Source of the DNA: an uncultured Candidatus Saccharibacteria bacterium
GTDB lineage: Bacteria; Patescibacteriota; Saccharimonadia; Saccharimonadales; UBA4665
DNA: 64,000 bases
Direction: 5' to 3'
Assembly (NCBI GenBank): GCA_964446255.1
Contig: CAYUNX010000001.1
Coordinates: forward strand, 9,729-73,728
Shown here: piece after piece, positions 54,131 through 63,523 of the stretch
How positions within the stretch are numbered: the first letter of the stretch is position 1
Layout of the letters: the number at the start of each line of letters is the position of its first letter
The notes under the pieces: model-generated
What the model was told of the DNA's origin: nothing
The model's input: only the letters and a program-made list of their open reading frames with translations
Databases searched by the model: none
Made by a program: the position numbers and the translations under genes

Positions 54131-55263
54131 ACGCTCAAAAGTCTCTCAGCTTTTTCAGCATTCTGACGGGCTTCGGCGATGGTCGTTGCTGTGGCGGTGA
54201 TGTGGCCCATTTTGCGGTCGATTTTGGTGGGAGATTTGCCGTACAGATGCAAGCTAACACCGGGGATGGCGAGAATGTCAGCGACACCTTTTACTTCTGT
54301 CGGGCCGTCGCGTTTACCAAGTATGTTGACCATGACGGCAGCTGGTACGACCATATCGACATTGCCGAGTGGTAAGCCGGCGATGGCGCGGATATGCTGC
54401 TCGAACTGCGATGTCCGAGTAGCTTCTGTGGTGTAATGCCCGCTGTTGTGGACGCGTGGTGCAATCTCGTTGACCAGTATTTGACCACCCTGGGTCAAGA
54501 ACATCTCGATGCCAAATGTCCCCGCCCCTTCGAGGAGTCCAGCCACATTTTGCGCAACTGCTTTGGCTTGCTCAAGTTTGTCGGTTGCAACTGGTGCGGG
54601 CGTAAGTGTCTCGACACAGATGTTGCGCTCGTGAATCGTCTGAGTAATGGGGTAGACAACCACATCACCGGCAGTGCTACGGGCGACCATGGTGGCAAGC
54701 TCTAGCTCAAAATCGACAAGTGCTTCAGCGTACAATTCCCGCCCGTCAAATGTTGATAACGCTTTTTCGACTTCGATTACAGAGCGAACGACCATGTTAC
54801 CGCGGCCGTCATAGGCGCCGTGACGAGTCTTGATTATCATGCTGCCACCATAACTCTCGAGGGCTTTGAGTGCAGAAGCAGGGTCGGTAATCTCGCAGAA
54901 TGGAGCCACGGGTACGCCTGCACTCGCTAGGAACTCTTTCTGGGCAAACTTGTCCTGTATGAGGCGAATGGTACTCGGTGCGGGGTTAATGTGCGCTCCA
55001 CTGGCCGCTAGCTCTTCGAGTACTTTCGTATCGAGGTGCTCAATCTCGACTGTTATAAAATCGGCTTTTTTGGCTAAAAGTTTCAATGCATCGGCGTCGT
55101 AGAGGTTGGCGACGATTTGCTCAGCGCCAACTTGCGCAGCTGGGCAGTTTGCGCCTGGGTCTACCACGACGACGCGGAACCCGAGTGGCAGAGCGGCGAG
55201 CGTCAGCATGCGCCCTAACTGACCGCCGCCCACAATACCAATGGTCTGCTGCTCACCTTCCAT
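54127..55263 (-). CDS. purK: N5-carboxyaminoimidazole ribonucleotide synthase
   Basis: IGIVGGGQLGRML N-terminus and ATP-grasp body. ATG 55263 is preferred over TTG 55269. Confidence 0.85.
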   Translation of the reverse strand: MEGEQQTIGIVGGGQLGRMLTLAALPLGFRVVVVDPGANCPAAQVGAEQIVANLYDADALKLLAKKADFITVEIEHLDTKVLEELAASGAHINPAPSTIRLIQDKFAQKEFLASAGVPVAPFCEITDPASALKALESYGGSMIIKTRHGAYDGRGNMVVRSVIEVEKALSTFDGRELYAEALVDFELELATMVARSTAGDVVVYPITQTIHERNICVETLTPAPVATDKLEQAKAVAQNVAGLLEGAGTFGIEMFLTQGGQILVNEIAPRVHNSGHYTTEATRTSQFEQHIRAIAGLPLGNVDMVVPAAVMVNILGKRDGPTEVKGVADILAIPGVSLHLYGKSPTKIDRKMGHITATATTIAEARQNAEKAERLLSV

Positions 55264-55341
55264 ATACAATCATCATACCGTATCTGATAAAAACTCGCCA
55301 CGCCATTTGTCTCTTTGGAACGATTAAGTGGTTGTGTGACA

Positions 55342-56031
55342 TTATTTTCGCTTCCAGGCAGCAAGGAGCAGCGGAAGTGCAAATAACATTAGAACAAAGT
55401 AAAGGCCGATGTACGCCACATGCCCTGGGACAGTACCGCCGTTGTTGGCTATAATCGTAGGGAGACTACCAAGAGCATAATTAAGGAATATCGCGCCCCA
55501 AAAAATTATGAAAAAACCAATTTTGTAGCTAGTTTCAAACACCGCTCGTCTTTCGTGCAATTGCCGTTCATCAAGAGCAATGGTCTTTTTTCGAGAAACC
55601 CAGTACAAATCTTTTTGGATAGCGCTCAATATTGTCGTTAGTACCAAACACGCGAGCCAAAAACCAGCCGAGATGTTCTCATAGATGAACCTATCACTAA
55701 AATTGCTATCTGCTGGGTCAAACAACAGGCTTTTAACTGTGGCGTAAAAGCCAAATACTATTGTTGCAAGCGTGAGTGCTCCAATTGTTTTCGCAACTCG
55801 GCCATGTGTGTAGTCGTCGTTTGTTGGGTTTCGCCTTGAAAGATTTTGGATGAACAGGATTGCCACAATTAATGTAAGTATAACTGCGGCTAAAAACGTC
55901 AGTGGCAAAAATACCATGAACATGCTCGCGCTACCGTCTAGTAATGATCCCCCGTAAGCTATAGCCGACAATACCCAAAAAACTGCACAAGGGACCAAGA
56001 TCCACTTTGGAATTATTTTTACACTGTTCAT
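55342..56031 (-). CDS. Hypothetical polytopic membrane protein
   Basis: 229 aa with about 6 hydrophobic helices. 4-nt overlap with the upstream HTH gene. Confidence 0.5.
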   Translation of the reverse strand: MNSVKIIPKWILVPCAVFWVLSAIAYGGSLLDGSASMFMVFLPLTFLAAVILTLIVAILFIQNLSRRNPTNDDYTHGRVAKTIGALTLATIVFGFYATVKSLLFDPADSNFSDRFIYENISAGFWLACLVLTTILSAIQKDLYWVSRKKTIALDERQLHERRAVFETSYKIGFFIIFWGAIFLNYALGSLPTIIANNGGTVPGHVAYIGLYFVLMLFALPLLLAAWKRK

Positions 56032-56261
56032 ATACCCTCCTTATTTTTAGTGAATAGCGGCCCAAATGGCTTGTCAGAAAAGATGGTCGTTATATCAACC
56101 TTAAAAGTTTCGGCGATTTTGAAAGCAAGCTCAAGGCTTGGTGAGTAATCGCCGCGTTCTATAAAACCGATGGTCTGGTAGTTTACGCCGATTTTCTCGG
56201 CCAGCTCCTGGCGGGATATGCCCTGTTCAGTGCGAAGTAATGCGATGCGGTTGTATACCAT
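56028..56261 (-). CDS. XRE-family HTH transcriptional regulator
   Basis: QELAEKIGVNYQTIGFIERG helix-turn-helix. Start at ATG 56261. Confidence 0.75.
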   Translation of the reverse strand: MVYNRIALLRTEQGISRQELAEKIGVNYQTIGFIERGDYSPSLELAFKIAETFKVDITTIFSDKPFGPLFTKNKEGI

Positions 56262-56355
56262 AACACAATAAATTATTGCACGAACACAACAAAATGTAAA
56301 TAACAATAACAAAGATTCTGTAATTTCTGGTAACTAAACAATACAAATACGGCTT

Positions 56356-57135
56356 TTATTGGTTGTTTAAAAGCACAGATCTCACCTGTTTTTGCAGTGA
56401 GGAGCCATTGGTGGCGAGTAGTGAACCGTCGAATTCCCCGGTAGCTTGTAAGTTATTGCAGATTCCGCCTGCTTCCTCAACGATGAGCTGCGGCGCTGCA
56501 ACGTCCCAGATGCTCAGGCCCGTTGGCTCGACGACGATATCAACTGCGCCTTCGGCGAGTAGCATGAGGTTATAAAAATCCCCAAAAGCTCGTTGTCTGC
56601 CGCAGCTTTCGTATAACTTAAGAAAACCATCGAGCATACCAGTTTTTCGCCAATTTCCAAGGCTGCTAAATGTGAGATAGGCTGATGATAAATCTTGGAC
56701 GTCTGAGACATGAATCTGCCGCTCGTCTTGCCATGCACCACCTCCAAACGTTGCCCACCAGCGGTGCTGTAGCATTGGTGCTGAGACGACCGCAACGATG
56801 GTTTGCGTACCTTTACGGAGTGCGATAAGGGACGCATAAAATGGGTTGCCCCGCATATAGTTCTTGGTGCCATCTATGGGGTCGATTATCCACATACGTT
56901 CTGTCTGGGTACCGCCGCCGTATTCTTCGCCAAGAATAGCGTCGGTCGGCCGATGATGTGCTAACAGTTCACGTAGTGCGCGCTCAACAGCGGTATCTAC
57001 TTCAGTAACGGGCGTCATGTCAGTCTTGATAGCAACCTTTTGTGCTATCCCAAAGTCACTACGCGTGATCTCATCCGCACGATCGGCAAGTTTTAAAGCG
57101 AGTGCGAGATCGGCTGCATAGACTTGAGTTGTCAT
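56356..57135 (-). CDS. Inositol monophosphatase family protein (possibly histidinol-phosphatase type)
   Basis: WIIDPIDGTKNY and EE..G motifs of the IMPase/FIG superfamily. Confidence 0.75.
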   Translation of the reverse strand: MTTQVYAADLALALKLADRADEITRSDFGIAQKVAIKTDMTPVTEVDTAVERALRELLAHHRPTDAILGEEYGGGTQTERMWIIDPIDGTKNYMRGNPFYASLIALRKGTQTIVAVVSAPMLQHRWWATFGGGAWQDERQIHVSDVQDLSSAYLTFSSLGNWRKTGMLDGFLKLYESCGRQRAFGDFYNLMLLAEGAVDIVVEPTGLSIWDVAAPQLIVEEAGGICNNLQATGEFDGSLLATNGSSLQKQVRSVLLNNQ

Positions 57136-57219
57136 ATACGTATCATATCATTGAACTCAGAACATCGATTAGTGTTCTCATTTTCATTTTGGCGCTCAAC
57201 GGTCGAATCGCCTCCGTGG

Positions 57220-57225
57220 TACAAT
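57220..57225 (+). promoter_or_regulatory. Candidate -10 box (TACAAT), leaderless start
   Basis: TACAAT-AGTTGT-ATG, with the ATG at 57232. Confidence 0.4.
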
Positions 57226-57231
57226 AGTTGT

Positions 57232-58182
57232 ATGACACATATTCTTGAGGGGACAGATTTTACACTACCAGGCCAACAGGCCGTATACCACGGCAAGGTG
57301 CGCGAAGTGTATGACATGGGCGATAGCTTGCTACTCGTTGCGAGCGACCGTTACTCGGCGTTTGACCGCATCTTAGCAGTCGTGCCGCACAAAGGTGAAC
57401 TGCTGACTGCAACGAGTAAGTGGTGGTTCGAGCAGACGAGTCACATCGTGCCCAATCACATCATCAGCTACCCTGACCCTAACGTCGCGTGGGTGAAAAA
57501 GTACAAAGTCATACCTATCGAGATGATTGTGCGCGGCTACATTACTGGCGTGACAAACACCTCGCTCTGGCACACCTACAGCGCTGGTCAGCGCGATTAT
57601 GGCACGTTTACCCTGCCCGACGGGCTTAAGAAGAACGATAAACTACCCGAACCCGTGCTCACACCAACAACCAAGTTTGAAGTACATGACCGCAACCTAA
57701 CACCTGATGAAGCGGTTGCAGAAGGCTTGCTCAGTGCCGAGACGTGGGCAAAACTCAGCAAAACGGCGCTGGAACTTTTTGCATTTGGCCAAAAAACAGC
57801 CGCTACCAAAGGTTTGCTACTCGTTGACACGAAATATGAGTTCGGGATAGATGACAACGGCGAGATTGTACTAATTGACGAAATTCATACGCAAGACTCA
57901 TCGCGCTACTGGTACGGTGAAACCTATGCAGAGCGGATCGCGGCTGGCGACGAGCCCGATAACTATGACAAAGAGTACATGAGGCTATGGTTCAAAACGC
58001 AGTTCGACCCCTATGCCGAAACTGAACCGCCCACCGCACCCGATGATGTTATCGCCGAGCTTGTGCGTCGCTACACTTACGTCTACGAGCAACTAACTGG
58101 GCAAAAATTTGTCCCTACAAATGACACTGACGCGGCAAGCCGCATTGAAGCTAATTTATTAAAAGCTCTAGCAGCTAAGTAA
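57232..58182 (+). CDS. purC: Phosphoribosylaminoimidazole-succinocarboxamide synthase (long form)
   Basis: GKVREVY and SDRYSAFD motifs. 316 aa. Confidence 0.85.
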   Translation: MTHILEGTDFTLPGQQAVYHGKVREVYDMGDSLLLVASDRYSAFDRILAVVPHKGELLTATSKWWFEQTSHIVPNHIISYPDPNVAWVKKYKVIPIEMIVRGYITGVTNTSLWHTYSAGQRDYGTFTLPDGLKKNDKLPEPVLTPTTKFEVHDRNLTPDEAVAEGLLSAETWAKLSKTALELFAFGQKTAATKGLLLVDTKYEFGIDDNGEIVLIDEIHTQDSSRYWYGETYAERIAAGDEPDNYDKEYMRLWFKTQFDPYAETEPPTAPDDVIAELVRRYTYVYEQLTGQKFVPTNDTDAASRIEANLLKALAAK

Positions 58183-58325
58183 TACTTGTTTGTGTTATCT
58201 CGACCGCAGTGGAGAGATCCTCTCAAAACAGGTATACTATTTGCATACAAATTGAGAAGATTTCTCCGCATCACTTTGTTTGAAGTCGAAATGATAGTGA
58301 CCGTGGGGAAAATGAGGAGCTACAT

Positions 58326-59723
58326 ATGAGTTTGCAACCAATACAATTGCCTGTACCTACAGATGAGGGGCGATTTAATGCTATCGACCCGCTCGATGGG
58401 CGCTATTTTGATGCTGAGATTGCTCGCTACCTCTCAGAGCGAACGCGTATCACCTTTCAAGCACATATTGAGGCGGCGCTGGCGTATGCCCTAGCCGATG
58501 CCGGTGTATGTAGCCAAGAAATCGCCAAGCAAATTGACGATGCACGGTTTAAGATTCGTGTCGAGGACGTAGCCGAAGAGGAAAAGACCACCAAGCACGA
58601 CATCAAAGCCATCGTAAACTGCATCAAACGCGAATTGCCCGAGACGGCGCAACCATATGTTCATTTTGGCGCAACATCGTATGATATCGTAAGCACTGCC
58701 ATGAGTTTACAACTGCGTACCGCCGTGCGCGAACTCGTACTGCCCCGTCTACGGGCTTTACAAAATACACTGCTTGATTTGACCGACCGTTACGCCGACA
58801 CGGTGCAAATCGGCCGCACGCATGGCCAGCACGCCGTGCCTATCACTTTTGGCTTTATGCTTTCAGGTTATGTCAGCCGTCTCGGTGAAAGTACGCAGGC
58901 ACTCGACGACCTCGCCGGTTCACTCAAAGGCAAATTTTCAGGTGCAGTTGGTGCCTACAACGCACTGAGTGTCTTTGTCGATGACCCAATCGCCTTTGAA
59001 AAGACGGTCCTCGGCTATGTTGAGCTCGAGCCGGCTCCCGCCTCGACTCAAATCGTACCGGCCGAAGGCTTCATACGCCTGCTCGATGAGCTAGCTATTA
59101 CCGCTGGGATTATGGCGAATTTGTCGCATGACATGCGCAACCTACAGCGGAGCGAGATTGCCGAAGTGCGCGAGCGTTTCGAACCGGGTCAAACCGGCTC
59201 GAGCACGATGGCACACAAGCGTAATCCATGGAACTTTGAAAACATCATTGGCATGTGGAAACAAGTCACCGCCCAGCTTATCAATGCCAACCTCAACATC
59301 AGCAGCGAACACCAGCGCGACTTGACCGATAGTTCGTCAGCGCGGTTTTACACCATCCCACTCGCGAGCGTAGCCTCGATGGCAGCACGTTTGCAGAGTG
59401 TCATGAGTAAAATCGAGGTCGACACCGAAGCGATGGAGCGTAACCTACACCTCACCCAAGGAGCGATTGCCGCCGAGCCCCTCTACCTTTTACTCGAAAA
59501 GTATGGCCACACAACGGCACACGAAGTCTCAAAAGAGCTGGCCCACGAAGCACTTGAGCGCAAAGTTTCACTGTACGAAGCCGCTGCCGCTAGCAAGTCT
59601 ATTGCAGTGTATTGGGCAAAGTTTAGCGACCGTGAAAAAGACCTCATCAAAAACCCCGAAACGTCCTACACCGGCCTTGCCGCTAAAAAAGCTCGCATGA
59701 TTCACACCGCCTGGGCAAAATAA
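58326..59723 (+). CDS. purB: Adenylosuccinate lyase
   Basis: Fumarate-lyase signature GSSTMAHKRNP. GAGGAG lies upstream of the ATG. Confidence 0.85.
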   Translation: MSLQPIQLPVPTDEGRFNAIDPLDGRYFDAEIARYLSERTRITFQAHIEAALAYALADAGVCSQEIAKQIDDARFKIRVEDVAEEEKTTKHDIKAIVNCIKRELPETAQPYVHFGATSYDIVSTAMSLQLRTAVRELVLPRLRALQNTLLDLTDRYADTVQIGRTHGQHAVPITFGFMLSGYVSRLGESTQALDDLAGSLKGKFSGAVGAYNALSVFVDDPIAFEKTVLGYVELEPAPASTQIVPAEGFIRLLDELAITAGIMANLSHDMRNLQRSEIAEVRERFEPGQTGSSTMAHKRNPWNFENIIGMWKQVTAQLINANLNISSEHQRDLTDSSSARFYTIPLASVASMAARLQSVMSKIEVDTEAMERNLHLTQGAIAAEPLYLLLEKYGHTTAHEVSKELAHEALERKVSLYEAAAASKSIAVYWAKFSDREKDLIKNPETSYTGLAAKKARMIHTAWAK

Positions 59724-59938
59724 CGCAACAAAAAATAGAAAAATTTGATCTTTTATCTTTGATCATTGAGCATTAGTTTTTCATTTGTCGTTGATACATT
59801 TGTGATTCAAATGATACATGGTATCTGATCAATTAATGTTCAACGTTCAATGCTAAATTGTGATAAACAAATGCAATCTGCTTGTGACCACCGTGCATCT
59901 TGTAGTACGATGAGCATAGATAAGCGGAGGTTTTGAAT

Positions 59939-60997
59939 ATGGCGGATTTGATACGATTGCCGGGGTTGGTCGATGTGCATGTGCACCTCCGCGACCCAGG
60001 TCAGACTGACAAAGAAGATTTCGCTACCGGCACCCGAGCCGCTGTGGCGGGTGGTTTCTCTACCGTTTTTGACATGCCAAATAATGCCGAACCAGTTGTA
60101 ACGATCGAGCGGTTGAAGGCAAAGATTGAGCTCGCCAAAACCAAAACCTACTGTGATATTGGTTTTCACTACGGTACACTTGGTGACAACCTCGAGAGTT
60201 TTACCGAGGCAGCCGAGTATGCGGTCGGGCTCAAAGTGTACCTCAACAACACGACTGGTGGTTACAAACTCGATGTAACACGGCTCCGTGATATCTACGA
60301 GGCGTGGCCAGCGCACCGTCCTGTGCTGCTTCACACCGAGGAAGACACTATTGCTACGGCGATGGAATCGCTCAAAGGTTTGAAACGACATGTGCACATC
60401 TGTCACCTGCCCAGTCGCGCCGTGCTCGAGGAAGTCGTCAAGATGAAGCGAGCTGGCTACCCTGTGTCATGCGGCGTGACACCACATCACCTGTTCTTAA
60501 CCGAGAAAGATGTGGAACGGCTTGGCGTCTACGGCATGATGAAGCCGCCACTCAAGAGCCAGGCTGACGTTGACTACTTGTGGGAGCACATTGATGACAT
60601 TGACCTCATAGAGTCCGACCATGCGCCGCACACCCATGCCGACAAGCAAGCAGGAGCGTTTGGCGTGCCGGGGCTCGAGACGACTCTGCCACTTTTGTTA
60701 CAGGCTGAACGCGAGGGTAAAATCAGCCGAGGACAAATCATCGACAAACTACATACTGTACCAGCCAAACTTTTCGGTCTCGACATCGGCGGCGACACAT
60801 ACATCGAACTCGAACCAACCGAATTCATCATCAGCAATGACGGCCTCGAGACTAAATGTGGCTGGACCCCGTATGCGGGCATGACCGGTTTCGGCAAGCT
60901 AAAAACCAGCACCCTCCGCGGTCATCATATCTTTGAAAACAATGCTATTAGCTCGCAAGATGGCAGCGTCGTGTTTGGGCTAAAACAAAAACACTGA
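59939..60997 (+). CDS. pyrC: Dihydroorotase-like amidohydrolase
   Basis: VDVHVHLRDPG (HxH) and downstream His/Asp metal ligands. GGAGG lies 8 nt upstream of ATG 59939. Confidence 0.7.
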   Translation: MADLIRLPGLVDVHVHLRDPGQTDKEDFATGTRAAVAGGFSTVFDMPNNAEPVVTIERLKAKIELAKTKTYCDIGFHYGTLGDNLESFTEAAEYAVGLKVYLNNTTGGYKLDVTRLRDIYEAWPAHRPVLLHTEEDTIATAMESLKGLKRHVHICHLPSRAVLEEVVKMKRAGYPVSCGVTPHHLFLTEKDVERLGVYGMMKPPLKSQADVDYLWEHIDDIDLIESDHAPHTHADKQAGAFGVPGLETTLPLLLQAEREGKISRGQIIDKLHTVPAKLFGLDIGGDTYIELEPTEFIISNDGLETKCGWTPYAGMTGFGKLKTSTLRGHHIFENNAISSQDGSVVFGLKQKH

Positions 60998-61026
60998 TTT
61001 TTATCTTGGTTTACACAAGTACTAGA

Positions 61027-62661
61027 TTATCTGTCTATGCTCGATGAGGTTATCGTAGCCTTGTGACCGACCGCAGAAGCATTGGCATTCCGAACTTGTG
61101 CGCGTAAGTCCTTGCCGCGACGCTTTGTTATTTTTTTGACATCATCGGCAAGCAAAAAGCCCTTTTGTGCATTAATCATCCTAAGTTCTTTTGGCGAAAT
61201 GTTAGGCTCTCCCGCGTTATTCTCAGTTTTAAATGAAAGGTGCGAGGCTCTTCCGAGCAGTGATTTTCTATGCATTTTCTTTGTTTGAACCTGTATTTCA
61301 ACAGGAAGTTTTCGTTCGACGTCACCATCCATTATTGTGTAGAAAAATGTCAGCTTCGCGACTTTGAAACAACCCTTATTTTCTTTTGGTTCCGACTGAA
61401 CGATTTTGTTATAACGGGCTTCGCTCATACCAGACATTTTTCGAACAGTGTCAATTAACTCGGGGCTGCCCTCAACATAGAACGGTAACGTTTTGCCTGA
61501 TGCTTTATTTGGTGCAACTGGCCCACTAAGCTTCTGTTGGCTATCAGCTTCTTCGATTAATCTTTTGTACACATCGGCGAGTTGTGTTTTGTTATCGGTG
61601 ATGATAGTAATTCCGATAACGTCCATCGATTCTTTACCAAGACTATATTTTAAGGCTAATGACCCTACCGATTTTCGTCGCCACAATGCGACATATGTCT
61701 TATCGTTTTCACTGTCGTGAATAACCGACTGGCCTACTACAATATCATGCTCAGAGTTGTTTTCGATTGTGTGTTGCTGCAAACTTTTTGCACCTAAAAG
61801 ATCTTCGATGATAAAACCGATTGCTCTCGCTACAAATTCTCGGTTACCGGTATCTTTAATGGTATTTTTAGCACGGGTAATATGTTGTTTTTCTCCAGCA
61901 TATCCAAGTCGTACCAATGATGCTTCACTTCGTAGGGCCATAGAAATGCCCCGTGCTTCTTCGGCTTCTAAGATTGGAGCGAAAAGTGCGTCTGCGACAT
62001 AGGCATCTTTTAAGGCTTGAATTTTGTTCGGGCTGCGAGACTTCAATGAGCGGAGCATGTTCACGGCTGCAATAAGCACTGATGCAGGATTGACCTGATT
62101 GATTAATTCGATTATTTCTCTTGTCGGCAAATGGCTTTTTATTTTCCATGCGTCGGCAGGGATTGGTATGTCTACTTTTGCCGCAAGAAACGGTTTTAGC
62201 TTTGCATTAGCTCCCGGTGATACCAGTGTGTCATTTGCGACTTTTTCTATTACCGGAAGATCACCAATCATTGAAGAGACAAACTGCCAGGTTTCTGGTT
62301 CGATAATCTTTGAATAATGATTGAGTGCTCTTAAGGCATTAATTCTCCTCGGGTGTTGCGTGCCGGCACGCTGACCTATTAGCGACATGAGTGCAACGTA
62401 ATCGGTTAGCGTGTTTACTTTACGTGCGGCCGTAGCTTCGTCACTCTCGACCGGTGATGGAATTTGCGTAAAATCCTGAAAAGTCACTAGCGTATTGATA
62501 CTTGCATCAATCACACCTCCTGGGCCATTGTCGTGTGTTGTATTTGCATACAAATCGAGAGTGTCATAAGCCTTAGGAAACTGAAGTGCAGTATCATGCC
62601 GGGCGATAGATAGGTGCATCTCCCGATGAGATAGGACGGGTACTATTTGACGTTGTGCCAT
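61027..62661 (-). CDS. Divergent RelA/SpoT-homologue (RSH) synthetase-like protein
   Basis: RRKSVGSLALKY, MDVIGITII and PVEIQVQTKKMH..GRASHLSFK follow the RxKxxxSxxxK / DxxGxR / EIQxRT order. ALFAPILEAEEARGI resembles the hydrolase-synthetase linker. No TGS/ACT region. Confidence 0.5.
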   Translation of the reverse strand: MAQRQIVPVLSHREMHLSIARHDTALQFPKAYDTLDLYANTTHDNGPGGVIDASINTLVTFQDFTQIPSPVESDEATAARKVNTLTDYVALMSLIGQRAGTQHPRRINALRALNHYSKIIEPETWQFVSSMIGDLPVIEKVANDTLVSPGANAKLKPFLAAKVDIPIPADAWKIKSHLPTREIIELINQVNPASVLIAAVNMLRSLKSRSPNKIQALKDAYVADALFAPILEAEEARGISMALRSEASLVRLGYAGEKQHITRAKNTIKDTGNREFVARAIGFIIEDLLGAKSLQQHTIENNSEHDIVVGQSVIHDSENDKTYVALWRRKSVGSLALKYSLGKESMDVIGITIITDNKTQLADVYKRLIEEADSQQKLSGPVAPNKASGKTLPFYVEGSPELIDTVRKMSGMSEARYNKIVQSEPKENKGCFKVAKLTFFYTIMDGDVERKLPVEIQVQTKKMHRKSLLGRASHLSFKTENNAGEPNISPKELRMINAQKGFLLADDVKKITKRRGKDLRAQVRNANASAVGHKATITSSSIDR

Positions 62662-62880
62662 TATTGTTTAATTATAACATATAAATGTCAATATAACAAT
62701 ATACGTCACACAAAATCAGCGACAGACGCAGTATATAAGCGAAAATCAGTAGTAAGTGTATGGTGCGTATTTCAAAGATTATTGTGATGATAAATTTTTA
62801 GGGTGGATGGTCATGAGAAAATCCTATAAACTTACAGTAAGTTACTGAGGTAGTAAAAACGAGCATAACGGAGGTAAACC

Positions 62881-63519
62881 ATGGATGTTTTAGCAGAACT
62901 AGAAAAAATCGGGGCAGTTTTTACTGGCAAACACTTTGTTTATGCAAGCGGCAAACATGGCTCTGGTTACATCAATATGGACATTATGTTCCCGCAAGTA
63001 TCACTTGTCGCAGAGCTTTGTCACGACCTCGTTGCATCTTTTGAAGGTGAGTTTGATGCTATTGCTGCGCCTGCAACTGGTGGAATTGAATTAGGTGTCC
63101 TTTCTGCGTTAGCTGCAGGCACCCCCGGAGTTTGGGCCGATAAAGATGGAGCTGGTGGTTTTGTTTTTGAGCGCGCAGGGTTCATTGATGCAATCAACGG
63201 TAAGCGAGTGCTTGTAGTTGAAGATTTGCTAACAACGGGCGGTTCTGTCGAGAAAGTTTGCCGCGAAATAGAAAAATCTGGTGGTATTGTTGTAGGTGTT
63301 AGCGTTGTCTGTAATAGAGGTGGAGTAACAGCCAAGCAACTAGGTGCACCACGCCTCGAGTCATTGGCAGATGTTACCTTCGAGGCGCTTGAGGCTTCGG
63401 AATGCAAGTTATGTAGTGACGGGGTGCCAATTGCCGAAGACATGGGGCATGGGGACGATTATAAAAAAGAACATCCAGACTATGCCGGTGGCTATGTGAA
63501 ACTGCAAGAGGAGCTGTAG
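62881..63519 (+). CDS. pyrE: Orotate phosphoribosyltransferase
   Basis: PRPP-binding motif VLVVEDLLTTGGS. GGAGG lies upstream of the ATG. Confidence 0.8.
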   Translation: MDVLAELEKIGAVFTGKHFVYASGKHGSGYINMDIMFPQVSLVAELCHDLVASFEGEFDAIAAPATGGIELGVLSALAAGTPGVWADKDGAGGFVFERAGFIDAINGKRVLVVEDLLTTGGSVEKVCREIEKSGGIVVGVSVVCNRGGVTAKQLGAPRLESLADVTFEALEASECKLCSDGVPIAEDMGHGDDYKKEHPDYAGGYVKLQEEL

Positions 63520-63523
63520 AGCG

